In this document: positions 46,652 to 55,971 of the stretch, in pieces
Position numbering within the stretch: the stretch's first letter is position 1
How the letters are laid out: each line of letters begins with the position of its first letter
Assembly (NCBI GenBank): GCA_965261005.1
Contig: OZ253375.1
Location: forward strand, 1-64,000
Direction: 5' to 3'
From: Deinococcus sp.
Lineage (GTDB): Bacteria; Deinococcota; Deinococci; Deinococcales; Deinococcaceae
Length of the DNA: 64,000 bases
Position numbers and translations under genes: made by a program
The notes under the pieces: generated by a model
Told to the model about the DNA's origin: nothing
Seen by the model: the letters and a program-made list of their open reading frames with translations, nothing else
The model's database searches: none

Positions 46652-47816
46652 CTCAGTACCCGACAGGTAGGGTCGGTGGCATCTGAAGGGCCGGGAAGAG
46701 GAGGGCCAGACAAGACCTGGCGCGCTCAAGGTTCCACTTGAGGGCGTCCACAAGCAGATCGAGGCCGGTCAGGAAGGTGCTCTTGGCTTTGCGCCCGTGC
46801 GTTTTGAGCCGTACGGGCGCCTCTTGTTCCCGCACCAGACCGACCAGCAGCGCCCAGACGAAGGCGACCGTGAGCAAGCTGACCAGCGTTTCGATGCGGG
46901 CAGGGTCGGTCATGTGGGTCGCCTCCAGATTGAGGCCGCGCAGTTTGTAAGCGCCGAAGGTGCATTCGATGGACCAGCGCGACCGGTAGCGCTCACAGGT
47001 GTCGAACAGCGAGAGGTCCGAAGCGATCACAACGCGCTCACCTTCGCTGGACAGTGTGGCAACCACCTGCATCTCAGCGCCGTAGACCACCTCTTTGTCG
47101 AGCAGGCCGCGCACCTCGCCGGGCGTCAGGTGTGCAAAGGCGTCTCGAACCGCGATGTCATCGAGCAGGGTGTCCTCACGAATGCGGATGCAGCGCTTGA
47201 GCCGTCGTTGTTCCAGGGCCGCGAACCAGTCTTTGCCCACGAACTCACGGTCGGCCAGCAGCACCGCAATGCGCTGTGCGGGAATGACGCTCAGCAGCCG
47301 GTCGAGCAGCGCGATGCGCGCGGCAGTCGAACTGGCGCCGCCGTGGTCCAGCACGTCCCACACCAAGGGGAGAGCGTAGCCAGCAAACACCGCCCCAATC
47401 ACCAAGATGTTGTGATCATATTGCCCATAGCGCCAGTTGGTGCGGTCCATCGCGAGCGTCAACTTGCCGCTCCCCAACAGCGGCAGGATCAGTTGGGCGG
47501 CCTCGTGCTGAGTGAAGGTCGCTGCGGCGAAGAAGCGGGCGACGCGACGTTCTTTGCTTTCGGGTCGGGCGTCACCCGGCAAGTGCTGAGCGAGTTTGCG
47601 GTGAGTGACGTGCTGGGCGTGGACGGTAGCGAGCAACATATCGGCGAGACGAGCGCGCTGGTCAGAGCGGCGTCCGGGCAGGTGTTGCGCGACGAGCGCG
47701 CGCAGGGTAGCGTCAGTGGTGCCGGGGGGCTGGGTACTCATCAACCACAGTTTGCCCCGGCTCTGCTGTCTCTCCTCGTGTCACACAACCTTTAGACCTT
47801 CCTGTCGGGTACTGAG
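46652..47816 (-). mobile_element. IS4-family insertion sequence, 1165 bp
   Basis: Perfect 16-bp terminal IRs CTCAGTACCCGACAGG (46652-46667 / 47801-47816) and 9-bp TSD GCGCTGGTC (46643-46651 / 47817-47825). Confidence 0.96.
46653..47741 (-). CDS. IS4-family DDE transposase
   Basis: LAMDRTNW, LLADREF, YRSRWSIECTFGAYK (YREK motif). Stop codon lies inside the IR. Confidence 0.95.
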   Translation of the reverse strand: MSTQPPGTTDATLRALVAQHLPGRRSDQRARLADMLLATVHAQHVTHRKLAQHLPGDARPESKERRVARFFAAATFTQHEAAQLILPLLGSGKLTLAMDRTNWRYGQYDHNILVIGAVFAGYALPLVWDVLDHGGASSTAARIALLDRLLSVIPAQRIAVLLADREFVGKDWFAALEQRRLKRCIRIREDTLLDDIAVRDAFAHLTPGEVRGLLDKEVVYGAEMQVVATLSSEGERVVIASDLSLFDTCERYRSRWSIECTFGAYKLRGLNLEATHMTDPARIETLVSLLTVAFVWALLVGLVREQEAPVRLKTHGRKAKSTFLTGLDLLVDALKWNLERARSCLALLFPALQMPPTLPVGY

Positions 47817-48005
47817 GCGCTGGTCTTTCCGGGCGCGCTATCGGTCCTGCCCTACTTCGAGTCCACCGCCATGTTCGACCGGGCGCCCGATCAAGAAAGC
47901 TTCCGCGAGGCGTTTTTGCAGGTCTTGCGGCCCCACTTCCAAGACGGCCCGTGGCGGGTCTCCAAGCGCGCAGTGCTGATCTCGGCCACAGCCTAGAACA
48001 TCTGG

Positions 48006-48641
48006 CTAAAACAGCTGGCCCTGCTCACTTTCCGCCACTTGGCCCGGCGGCGTGAACCGCCCGTCCAGAAACGCCCTCACTTCCTGAATGTCGCGCCAGG
48101 TCAGGCTTTTGGGGCTGCCGGGGGCGCGGCCGTCTTGGCGCAGCAGGTAGGCCGGGTGGAACATTGGCACCAGCCAAGCGTCCCAACCGCCCGCCGCGTT
48201 GTGGTAGGGGTGCCACCTGCCGCGCAGCTTGGTGACGCCCAGGGTGGTGCTCAGCAGATGCTGGGCGGCGGTGTTGCCGAGGGCCAGGATGACCTGCGGG
48301 CGCAAGAGGGCCAGTTGTGGGACGAACCAGCGCCCACAGGCGGCGACCTCGCTTGGCTGCGGGGTGCGGTTGCCGGGGGGGCGGCACTTGACGACGTTGG
48401 TGACGTAACACTCGGCGCGCGGCAAGCTCGCCGCCGCCAGAATTCTGTCCAGTAGCTGTCCACCTTGGCCCACGAAGGGCTTGCCCACGCGGTCCTCGTC
48501 GCCGCCAGGACCCTCGCCCACGATCAGGACGCGCGCCGCCGGGTCGCCGTCGTCGAAGACGACTTGGGTGCGCGAGCGGGACAGCGCGCAGGCGGGGCAG
48601 CCGCTCGCCTCCTCGCGCAAGATGGCGAGAGCTTCGTTCAA
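48006..48641 (-). CDS. Uracil-DNA glycosylase family 4 (Fe-S)
   Basis: [32 protein letters not shown]. Confidence 0.94.
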   Translation of the reverse strand: MNEALAILREEASGCPACALSRSRTQVVFDDGDPAARVLIVGEGPGGDEDRVGKPFVGQGGQLLDRILAAASLPRAECYVTNVVKCRPPGNRTPQPSEVAACGRWFVPQLALLRPQVILALGNTAAQHLLSTTLGVTKLRGRWHPYHNAAGGWDAWLVPMFHPAYLLRQDGRAPGSPKSLTWRDIQEVRAFLDGRFTPPGQVAESEQGQLF

Positions 48642-49024
48642 ACGCCGCCGGCCGCCGGCGCTTCCTTCAGCTTGGGCCGGGCGCTGCGCGCCTCGCGGCG
48701 GCGCTTGGGGTCGAGGCCGGCCATCAGGAAGAAGTTCTCAAGGGCGTTTTCGCGGCCCTTGACGTCGGCGTGTTCAAACTCGGCCGTGCCGGTCACGAAG
48801 GGCAGCGCGCGGTACAGCGCGAGCGCCTTGTCGAGCACCTCGTCGGGGGCGATTTGCTCGGCGTGCTGGGCGAGTTCGGCGTAGACCGCGCGCCGCGCCT
48901 CGGCGTGCTGCGTAAAGGCCTGAGGATGCGGCGTCTCGGGGGCGCGCAGCAAGTCTTGGCGCGCGATGCGGCGGTAGTGCTTGAGGCCCTGCACGATCTG
49001 CTCGGTGGTCAGCGTTTCCTTGAT
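48638..49024 (-). CDS. Hypothetical protein coupled to udg; probable ATC start
   Basis: Host-like codon usage from KETLTTEQ onward. GGAGG SD lies 6 nt before an in-frame ATC at 49024. Confidence 0.75.
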   Translation of the reverse strand: MKETLTTEQIVQGLKHYRRIARQDLLRAPETPHPQAFTQHAEARRAVYAELAQHAEQIAPDEVLDKALALYRALPFVTGTAEFEHADVKGRENALENFFLMAGLDPKRRREARSARPKLKEAPAAGGV

Positions 49025-49212
49025 GAGGCACCTCCAGAAGTTCGGCTTTGACCGCGATTTCCGGCAGTATAGCCAGTCCGGGTTGAGGCCGGATAAAGCG
49101 TGAGCAACATGAAAACTATCCGGCCGGTCAAGGAATAACGGACGCATAAATTCCGCATAGGCGCATAAAAAATGCCCAACTGACGAAGTATTAAGGTTTT
49201 TTTAAAAAGTGG

Positions 49213-49863
49213 ATGGTAAACTTCACCGCAATGAAGGCCATTCAGGGTTTTCTGCTGGCCGGGGCGCTGCTGATCTCTGGGGCCGCCGCCGAAACCTACA
49301 CCGTCAAGGCGGGCGACACGGTCTACAGCGTTTCACGCGCCCACAACCTCGACCCCGAGGAACTGCTGAAGCTCAACAAGCTCAGCTCCGCGACCATTCA
49401 AGTCGGTCAAAAGCTGGAGGTGGGCGCGGCGCCGAAAGCGGTGAGCGCGCCCCAGGCAGTTCCACAGCGGGTGGCCCCCAAAACGACAACACATCAGGGC
49501 GGCATCGTGCGAACGGCCGCCCTGCGCTTTTTGGGGATCGCCTACCACTTGGGTTCCACCGGGGGCGGCGCCCTGGACTGCTCGGCCTTTACCCGCAGTG
49601 TGATGGCCCAACTGGGCGTGCGGTTGCCGCGCACCTCGCGCGAGCAATATGGCAGCGGCTCGCCGGTGGCGCGCGGCGACCTGCGCGCCGGCGACCTGAT
49701 CTTTTTCAACACCCTCGGCCGGGGCGTGTCGCACGTCGGCATCTACTTGGGCGGCGGCCAATTCGCGCACGCCAACTCCTACCTCGGCCGCTCGGTGATC
49801 GAGGACCTGGGCGTGGCCTACTACAGCGCGCGCTACGTGGGCGCGCGCCGGGTCCTGCCATAA
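49213..49863 (+). CDS. LysM + NlpC/P60 (C40) peptidoglycan endopeptidase
   Basis: YTVKAGDT LysM; DCSAF, LPRTSREQ, HVGIY. True start may be the second ATG (49231). Confidence 0.93.
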   Translation: MVNFTAMKAIQGFLLAGALLISGAAAETYTVKAGDTVYSVSRAHNLDPEELLKLNKLSSATIQVGQKLEVGAAPKAVSAPQAVPQRVAPKTTTHQGGIVRTAALRFLGIAYHLGSTGGGALDCSAFTRSVMAQLGVRLPRTSREQYGSGSPVARGDLRAGDLIFFNTLGRGVSHVGIYLGGGQFAHANSYLGRSVIEDLGVAYYSARYVGARRVLP

Positions 49864-49867
49864 CGCG

Positions 49868-50536
49868 TCAGCGCCGGACAACCTCGGCGTCTGCGGGCAG
49901 CGCGCGCAGCTTGGCGGCGCTGAGGCCCTGGTTGGTCTTGTACCCGGTGATGCTGAGGTCGGAGACGACCTTGCCGGCGCCGCTCACGGCCTGCACGCGC
50001 ACCGGGCGCCAGCCCTGATCGGTGATGTACACTCGGCTCAGGTCTGTGCCGCCGCCCTTCGGCGTGGCCTGAAGGACATAAACCGTGGCCGCCCCGCTCT
50101 TGCTGCTGCTGAGCAGCTTGGTGTCGAAGTTCTTGCTCAGCAGTGCGGTCGCGTCGCTCAGCTGCGAAAAGTCCACCCCCACGCCCCCCGCGCCGGCGGC
50201 CTTCGCGTCCTGCACGATCACCTGATTGGTCAGAAACAGGTAGTTCGAGACGGTGTTTTTGTCGGCGACCACCACGTTGTCGGCGAGGGCGTTCGGCGCG
50301 TTGAAGTTGATGCGCGCCAAGCTTTGGGCCGGGATGGCCCGCACGTCGAGGTCGATGTTCTGCGGCCCGCTCTCCAAATTGGCGGTACCGCTCACCTTGA
50401 AGCTGAGGTCCTTGACGCCCTTTTGGGCGGCCGTCACCTTGGCGATAATGCTGTCGGCGGTCTGAGACGCCGCACCTTGGGCAAACGCCGGCCCGAACAG
50501 CGTCAGGGCCAACGAAAAAAGCAGTACGTTCTTCAC
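49868..50536 (-). CDS. LolA-like outer-membrane lipoprotein carrier
   Basis: Signal peptide and beta-rich LolA-like pattern (FNAPNALADNVVVAD, WRPVRV). CATACT-N7-GTG. Confidence 0.7.
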   Translation of the reverse strand: MKNVLLFSLALTLFGPAFAQGAASQTADSIIAKVTAAQKGVKDLSFKVSGTANLESGPQNIDLDVRAIPAQSLARINFNAPNALADNVVVADKNTVSNYLFLTNQVIVQDAKAAGAGGVGVDFSQLSDATALLSKNFDTKLLSSSKSGAATVYVLQATPKGGGTDLSRVYITDQGWRPVRVQAVSGAGKVVSDLSITGYKTNQGLSAAKLRALPADAEVVRR

Positions 50537-50624
50537 GTAAAACAGTATGCCGCCCGCTCTCATGAGAAGGGCGCCGGGCGGCTGACGGGCGGCTCACCCG
50601 CTCGGGGTGTTGCAAATCAGGTAC

Positions 50625-51476
50625 TCAAAAATTGCCCAGCGGCAAGCTATAGTCCACCCGCAGGCCGGCCTGGGCCGTGCCGGCGCGCACGGCGGTGTTC
50701 AGGGTGCCGCCGCCGAGAGGAAGCGCCACTTCCAAGCCGTAGCGCAGCGGCTCGTAGTCAATTCTCCACGGCTCAAAAGCGACGTAGGCGCGTGCGTTCG
50801 AGCCGGCGCCCAGCGGATCCGCAAGCGCCAAGCTGGCGACCACGCCGCTGCCCTGCGGGCCGAGCAGCGCGTCGGCGGCGAAGGTCAGGTTGGCGCGGCG
50901 CACGCTGGCGCCGGCGGTCACGGCGGCCAGCTGTTCCCCCGTCCGCACCCCCGCGCGCAGGCTCAGGTCCCCCCGCAAAAACTCCAGGCCCGCCGCGACG
51001 TTGGGCTGCACGCCCGCGTGGCCGCTGGCGAGCAGCAACACGCCACGCTGCACCCGGTAGCGCAGCGTGGCGTCCAGCGAGGCGCCCGCGCCGGTCAGGT
51101 TGGCCCCCGCTTGGCTGAGGGTCACCAAGGGATCGAAGACGTTCAGCGGCGCCGACCACGCCAGGGCGTCCGCGTTCAGGGCGATGGGGCCGAGGGTGCC
51201 GCCGCCGCCCAGCGCCAAGCGCGAGCCGCCCTGAAAGGCGGAGGCGACGTTCGCCCGCGCGCTCAGGGTGCCGAAGACGGAGAAGTTCAGGCGCGCCGAG
51301 TAGCCGAAGTCGAGGGCGCGGTTGCTGACCCCGAAGCTGACCTGACCGCCCAGCAAATCCAGGCCCGAAACGCCTGCGCGCACGTTCGGCCCGCTGGCCG
51401 CGCGCAAATCGAGTTGGGCGGCCGAGGCCGCGCCGCCCAAAAGAACGGCGCAGGCGAGCGCGCGAAGGTGAATCAT
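50625..51476 (-). CDS. Secreted beta-rich (probable outer-membrane) hypothetical protein
   Basis: Signal peptide and amphipathic beta strands. Leaderless TAGGCT-N5-ATG. Confidence 0.7.
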   Translation of the reverse strand: MIHLRALACAVLLGGAASAAQLDLRAASGPNVRAGVSGLDLLGGQVSFGVSNRALDFGYSARLNFSVFGTLSARANVASAFQGGSRLALGGGGTLGPIALNADALAWSAPLNVFDPLVTLSQAGANLTGAGASLDATLRYRVQRGVLLLASGHAGVQPNVAAGLEFLRGDLSLRAGVRTGEQLAAVTAGASVRRANLTFAADALLGPQGSGVVASLALADPLGAGSNARAYVAFEPWRIDYEPLRYGLEVALPLGGGTLNTAVRAGTAQAGLRVDYSLPLGNF

Positions 51477-51568
51477 AAGTCAGCCTAACAGGCGCGCGCC
51501 CGGGGGCGGCTCACGTCGTCTTAAGCGAATCCGCGCCATCCGTCCCGGCGCTTTTGTAGACTCGGCGC

Positions 51569-52087
51569 ATGGCCGTGTCCTTTTTCCCTGCGTCTTTGTT
51601 CTTCGCGCGCCTGCTGGCATTGCCGCTGGCCCTCACGCTGGCCGCCTGCGCGCCGCGCGCCGCCGTCGTGCAGGTGCCCGAGTACCGAATTGTGCGGACG
51701 CGCCTGACCAGCTTGACGCTGCCGGGAGCGGGCGGCCCCGCCACCGCCACCCTCTCCCTGCAACTGCTGGTGAGAAACCCCAACCCCTACCCGATTCGCC
51801 TCGCGCGCGCCGGGGGACGCTTTTTTCTGGACGGCAACGACGTGGGCGGCGTGGAGCTGCCCAACATCGATCTGCCCTCCGGGCGGCAAGTCGAGCAGGA
51901 GGCCCTCCTGAGCCTGCCCATCACCTTTGCCAATTTGGGCGAGTTCGTGCGGGTAGCGCGTGGCGAGGCGGTCAGCTACCGGGTGGACGGGTCATTCACG
52001 GTGGACGCGGGCCTGTTCGGCCAGCCGTCCTTCGGCCCCTACACCTTGTCGCAGGGTGTGATCAAGCAGCCCAAGATCTTGCCGTGA
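51569..52087 (+). CDS. LEA type 2 / WHy domain lipoprotein
   Basis: LAAC lipobox and VRNPNPYPI motif. Confidence 0.85.
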   Translation: MAVSFFPASLFFARLLALPLALTLAACAPRAAVVQVPEYRIVRTRLTSLTLPGAGGPATATLSLQLLVRNPNPYPIRLARAGGRFFLDGNDVGGVELPNIDLPSGRQVEQEALLSLPITFANLGEFVRVARGEAVSYRVDGSFTVDAGLFGQPSFGPYTLSQGVIKQPKILP

Positions 52088-52088
52088 T

Positions 52089-53291
52089 GTGGTTGGCGTG
52101 ACGTGGGCCGGGGTGTGGGCCTACCGACCTGAAGGGCCGCTGCGGGGCGTCCCAGGCGGGCCGCTGTCGGGCCTCACCTTCAGCGCCAAGGACTTGTACG
52201 GCGTGCCGGGCTGGCCGCTGCGCGCGGGTAGCCGCGCCGCGCTGCCAAGGGTGGCGGAAAGCGAGTTGGTGCGGCGCGGCTTGGCGGCGGGGGCGGACCT
52301 CCTCGGCAGCACCCAGCTGCACGAGATCGCCCTCGGCATCACCGGCAGCAACGCCTACGGCGGCACGCCCAACCCGCTCGACCCAGCGCGGGTGGCGGGC
52401 GGCTCCAGCGGCGGCGCGGCAGCTTCTGTGGCGACGGGCCAGGTGGACTTCGCCCTCGGCACCGACACGGGCGGCTCGGTGCGCGTTCCCGCCAGCTGGT
52501 GTGGGGTGTGGGGCTTCAAGCCGACCTACGGCCTGTATCCGCTGGCGGGGGCGCTCCCGCTGAGCGCGACCTGCGACCACGCCGGCACTCTGGCGCGGGG
52601 GGTAGGCACGCTGGCGCGGATCCACCGGGCAGTGACCGGGCAGGCCGTGGGAACGGCCGGTTGGAGCGGCCAGCGGGTGGGGCTGTGGAACGTGCCGGCG
52701 TGGTGCGCGCCGGGAACCTGGGCCGAGCTGGAGCGCTTCGCGCGGGACCTGGAGGCGCGCGGCGCGAGCCTGGGGCGCTTCGACTTTCCGGACGTGCTGG
52801 ACAGCTACACGCCCATCGTGCTGAGCGAGGCGGCGGCCGTCCACCGAGCCGAGCTGTCGCGCCCGGCCCCCGGCTTCGGCGCGGGGACGCTGGCGCTGCT
52901 GCGGCGGGGCCAGGCCCTGACGCAAGGGGAGCTGACGGCCGCGCGGAAGCGCCGCGAAGCGTTGCGAGCAGCGTTGGTCGCCCTGTTTGACCAGTTCGAC
53001 CTGCTGCTGGCCCCGGCGGTGCCGGACGTGGCGCCCCTGATTGGGCAAGACGAGCTGGACTTGCCCGGTGGTTCGGTCCCGCTCAGACAAGTTCAGCTCA
53101 GGCAAGTCCCGCTCAGACAAGCCGTGCTGCGCCTCACCGCCCCTTGGAGCTTGCTGGGCGCGCCCACCTTGGCCGCGCCGCTGCCGCTGCGCGCCCTCTC
53201 GCTGGGCGCGCAATTGATCGCCCCGTGGGGGGCGGACGCCGACCTGCTGGCCCTCGGCTTGGCCTTAAACGAGCCGGAGGAGAACCCATGA
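52089..53291 (+). CDS. Amidase signature family enzyme
   Basis: KDLY, GGSSGGAAA, GTDTGGSVRVPASWCG. Start uncertain. Confidence 0.92.
   Translation: MVGVTWAGVWAYRPEGPLRGVPGGPLSGLTFSAKDLYGVPGWPLRAGSRAALPRVAESELVRRGLAAGADLLGSTQLHEIALGITGSNAYGGTPNPLDPARVAGGSSGGAAASVATGQVDFALGTDTGGSVRVPASWCGVWGFKPTYGLYPLAGALPLSATCDHAGTLARGVGTLARIHRAVTGQAVGTAGWSGQRVGLWNVPAWCAPGTWAELERFARDLEARGASLGRFDFPDVLDSYTPIVLSEAAAVHRAELSRPAPGFGAGTLALLRRGQALTQGELTAARKRREALRAALVALFDQFDLLLAPAVPDVAPLIGQDELDLPGGSVPLRQVQLRQVPLRQAVLRLTAPWSLLGAPTLAAPLPLRALSLGAQLIAPWGADADLLALGLALNEPEENP
53076..53120 (+). repeat. 15-bp tandem repeat x3 inside the amidase (VPLRQ-VQLRQ-VPLRQ)
   Basis: GTCCCGCTCAGACAA / GTTCAGCTCAGGCAA / GTCCCGCTCAGACAA. 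Confidence 0.9.
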
Positions 53292-53743
53292 AGCTCTGTT
53301 CGATCAAGCGCGCCGGTCTGACCTTACTGGCCCCGACCTTGCTGGCCCTCTCGCTGCCGGGCGCCTCGGCCGCGTCCTGGTGGGGCGGCGTGGAGCTGTC
53401 CTCGCTGGCGCGCGACGTCTACGCCGGCGTGGGGCTGCTGCCGCTGGCGGCGGTCGGCACGCTGGGCGTGCAAGGGGAGTTGGCGCAAGTGAACGGCGCG
53501 GCAGGGGGTGGCGGGGCGGGCACGGTCTTTTCGCTGGGGGTCACGCTGCGCGACGTCCACCTGCCGGGCACGGGCCTCGACGCCTTTGTGGGCGCGGGTT
53601 TCACCTTTGCGAATACCGTCCCGTACCTGGAGGGCGGTGTGCGCGCGCCGCTCGCGGGACCGCTGGGCGTGCAGGCCAAGCTGCGGACCTTTCCGCGCGG
53701 CGGGGGGCTGCGCGTCAGCGTGGGGGCCGAGCTGCGGTTTTAA
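53288..53743 (+). CDS. Small outer-membrane beta-barrel-like secreted protein
   Basis: GGAGG SD, signal peptide, C-terminal VSVGAELRF. Confidence 0.7.
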   Translation: MKLCSIKRAGLTLLAPTLLALSLPGASAASWWGGVELSSLARDVYAGVGLLPLAAVGTLGVQGELAQVNGAAGGGGAGTVFSLGVTLRDVHLPGTGLDAFVGAGFTFANTVPYLEGGVRAPLAGPLGVQAKLRTFPRGGGLRVSVGAELRF

Positions 53744-53807
53744 GGGTGCCAAAGGCTTCGGTCACTTAAAGCCGCCGCCCCGCAAAAGGCGCCATACTGA
53801 ACGCGCT

Positions 53808-54470
53808 ATGCGCCTGATGGTTCTCGAAGATGATTCCGGCATTCGCACGCCGCTCGCCCGCTTTTTGCGCGAAACGGGCTACGCGGTGGACGAGGCCGCG
53901 AGCGTGGCCGAGGCGCGCAGCTTGAGTGACCTCTACCCCTACGGCGCCATTATCGCCGACGTGCGCCTGCCCGAGGGGGAAAACGCGGGCTTCGAGTTCG
54001 TGCGCGAGGTGCAGCGCGCCCAGCAGGACGTGGCGGTGCTGTTTCTCAGCGCGCGCGACGCCTTATCGGACCGTTTGGAGGGGCTGAACGCCGGCGGGGA
54101 CGACTACCTCACCAAGCCGTTTCACCTGCAAGAGGTCCTCGCGCGCCTGCGCGCCATCACCCGGCGCACTGCCCACGTGCCGCAAGGTGAGCTGGCGTGG
54201 CGCGACGTGCGCATGAACTGGCGAGAGAGGCGGGTGACGCGCGGCGGGGAGGGCGTTCACCTGACCGGCAAGGAGCTGGGCGTGCTGGAGCTGCTGAGCA
54301 CCCACCCGGGGCGCCTTTTCACCCGCGAGGAGATCATCGACCGGGTCTGGGACGCCGAGTTCGACGCGGGCACCAACATCATCGACGTGTACGTGCGCAA
54401 TTTGCGGCGCAAGCTCGGCGACGGCGTGGTGGAGACGGTGCGCGGCATCGGCTACCGTTTTCCGGGCTGA
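53808..54470 (+). CDS. OmpR-family response regulator (no adjacent kinase)
   Basis: LMVLEDD, IADVRLP, DDYLTKPF, TVRGIGY. Confidence 0.93.
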   Translation: MRLMVLEDDSGIRTPLARFLRETGYAVDEAASVAEARSLSDLYPYGAIIADVRLPEGENAGFEFVREVQRAQQDVAVLFLSARDALSDRLEGLNAGGDDYLTKPFHLQEVLARLRAITRRTAHVPQGELAWRDVRMNWRERRVTRGGEGVHLTGKELGVLELLSTHPGRLFTREEIIDRVWDAEFDAGTNIIDVYVRNLRRKLGDGVVETVRGIGYRFPG

Positions 54471-54471
54471 G

Positions 54472-55968
54472 ATGCGCGCCTTCACCTTGGCGTGTCTGCT
54501 GAGCCTGGGCCTGCTGAGCTTGGGAAGCGCCCTGGCGGCGCCGACCATCTTCGTGGCCTACCCGCCCGAGGGGTACACGGTGGCCTTCGATCACGTCTTG
54601 TTCGAGGGGTCGGTCAGGCCGGGGGCCGACTTGAGCGTGGACGGGCAAGCTCTCAAGGTCGGCCCGGACGGCCTCTTCATCGCGTGGCTGCCGCTGAGGC
54701 CGGGCGTCAACGCCCTCAAGCTGGTCAGCCGCGCGGGTTCCGAGCGCACGGCGCGCACCTTTCGGGTGATCCGGCGCGCGCCCCTGGCCACCCGCCCAGA
54801 CAAGCTGCGCCCCCTTCCCGCGCCAAGGGTGGCCGAGGTCACCGCCCCCGACCTCGGGAACGGGGTCAACCCCATCACGACGGCGGGCCTGGCCTTGCAA
54901 GGCGAGACGCCGCTGTTTTTCCCGAAGCGGGGTGAGCGGCTCTTGGTCGTCGGCGAGAATGACCGCTTTTACCAGGTTCAGTTGGCGCCGGACCTGTTCG
55001 CCCGCCTGCCCAAGAGCGCCGCGCGGCTGCTGCCCGCCGGCACGCCGAGGCCCGCCTTCCAACTAAAAAGCGCGCGGGTGAGCGCGGGTCAGAACTTCAC
55101 GGAAGTGCGGCTGCGCCTGTCCGGCCGCCCCGCCTTCGCCGCCGAGCAGGCCTTGCTGAAAAGCTCATCTCGCCTGGACCTGCGCCTGTTTCAGACCAGT
55201 TGGGCGCCGGGCGCTGGGGTGGCTGGTCTGCCCGACACCCTTGTTCGGAGCGCCCAGCTGGACGCCTTGCCAAGTGGCGAGCTGCGCCTGCGCCTCGACC
55301 TCGCCGGCGCCCAGCCGTGGGGCTACACGGCCAGCTACCAGGGCAACGATCTGGTGCTGCGGCTGAAGCGCCCCCCGGGTATGGACGCCGCGCGGCCCCT
55401 GGCGGGGCGCCGCATCGTCCTCGACGCCGGGCACGGCGGGCGCGAATTGGGCGGGGCGGGCAGTTTGGGCTTGCCCGAAAAGGACCTCAACTTGAGCGTC
55501 ACCTTGCAGCTCGCGAGTCGGCTGCGGGCGCTAGGGGCCAAGGTCATCCTGACCCGGACTACCGACCTGACCGTCTCCCTCTACGACCGGCCGCTGCTGG
55601 CCGGGCGCGTGGGGGCCGACGTGCTGCTGAGCGTCCACGCCAACGCCATTCCCGACGGCGTGGACCCGGCCACCCGGCACGGCGCGGGCGTCTACACTTT
55701 TCAGCCGCAGGCGGCGCCGCTGGCGCGCGCCCTGCTGGCCGCCCTGAACGCCGGCGTCCCCGAGGCCGGGCAGGACCGGGGCGGCCTCTTTCACCGCAGT
55801 CTGGCCCTGACGCGGCCCACGGACCAGCCCAGCGCCCTCGTCGAGCTGGCCTACCTGACCACCCCGGACGGGCTGCACTTACTGATGAATCCCGAGGATC
55901 AGGCCCGCTTCGCGGACGCGCTGGCGAGCGGGCTGGAGAACTTCTTCGCAGCCCAGGCGCAACCGTGA
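54472..55968 (+). CDS. N-acetylmuramoyl-L-alanine amidase (Amidase_3)
   Basis: LDAGHGG, EKDLNL, SVHAN, LVELAY; signal peptide. Confidence 0.93.
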   Translation: MRAFTLACLLSLGLLSLGSALAAPTIFVAYPPEGYTVAFDHVLFEGSVRPGADLSVDGQALKVGPDGLFIAWLPLRPGVNALKLVSRAGSERTARTFRVIRRAPLATRPDKLRPLPAPRVAEVTAPDLGNGVNPITTAGLALQGETPLFFPKRGERLLVVGENDRFYQVQLAPDLFARLPKSAARLLPAGTPRPAFQLKSARVSAGQNFTEVRLRLSGRPAFAAEQALLKSSSRLDLRLFQTSWAPGAGVAGLPDTLVRSAQLDALPSGELRLRLDLAGAQPWGYTASYQGNDLVLRLKRPPGMDAARPLAGRRIVLDAGHGGRELGGAGSLGLPEKDLNLSVTLQLASRLRALGAKVILTRTTDLTVSLYDRPLLAGRVGADVLLSVHANAIPDGVDPATRHGAGVYTFQPQAAPLARALLAALNAGVPEAGQDRGGLFHRSLALTRPTDQPSALVELAYLTTPDGLHLLMNPEDQARFADALASGLENFFAAQAQP

Positions 55969-55971
55969 CGT

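Larger units (their letters stand above)
46034..47996 (+). pseudogene. Class I SAM methyltransferase disrupted by an IS
   Basis: LDVGSGPG and HMLYHVPD. Removing the IS and one TSD restores ...VDSALV|FPGALSVLPYF...VLISATA* (stop 47996). Confidence 0.92.

Noticed and set aside
46652..46741. ORF-track C-terminus of the methyltransferase (LSTRQVGS...GST)
   Set aside because: Read-through into the IS end. The real C-terminus lies at 47826-47996.
49151..49168. TTCCGCATAGGCGCATAA, an imperfect palindrome resembling the DdrO-binding RDRM upstream of the udg operon
   Set aside because: It is 18 bp with an 8-nt centre, while RDRM is 17 bp. It may just be part of a local CGCATA repeat.
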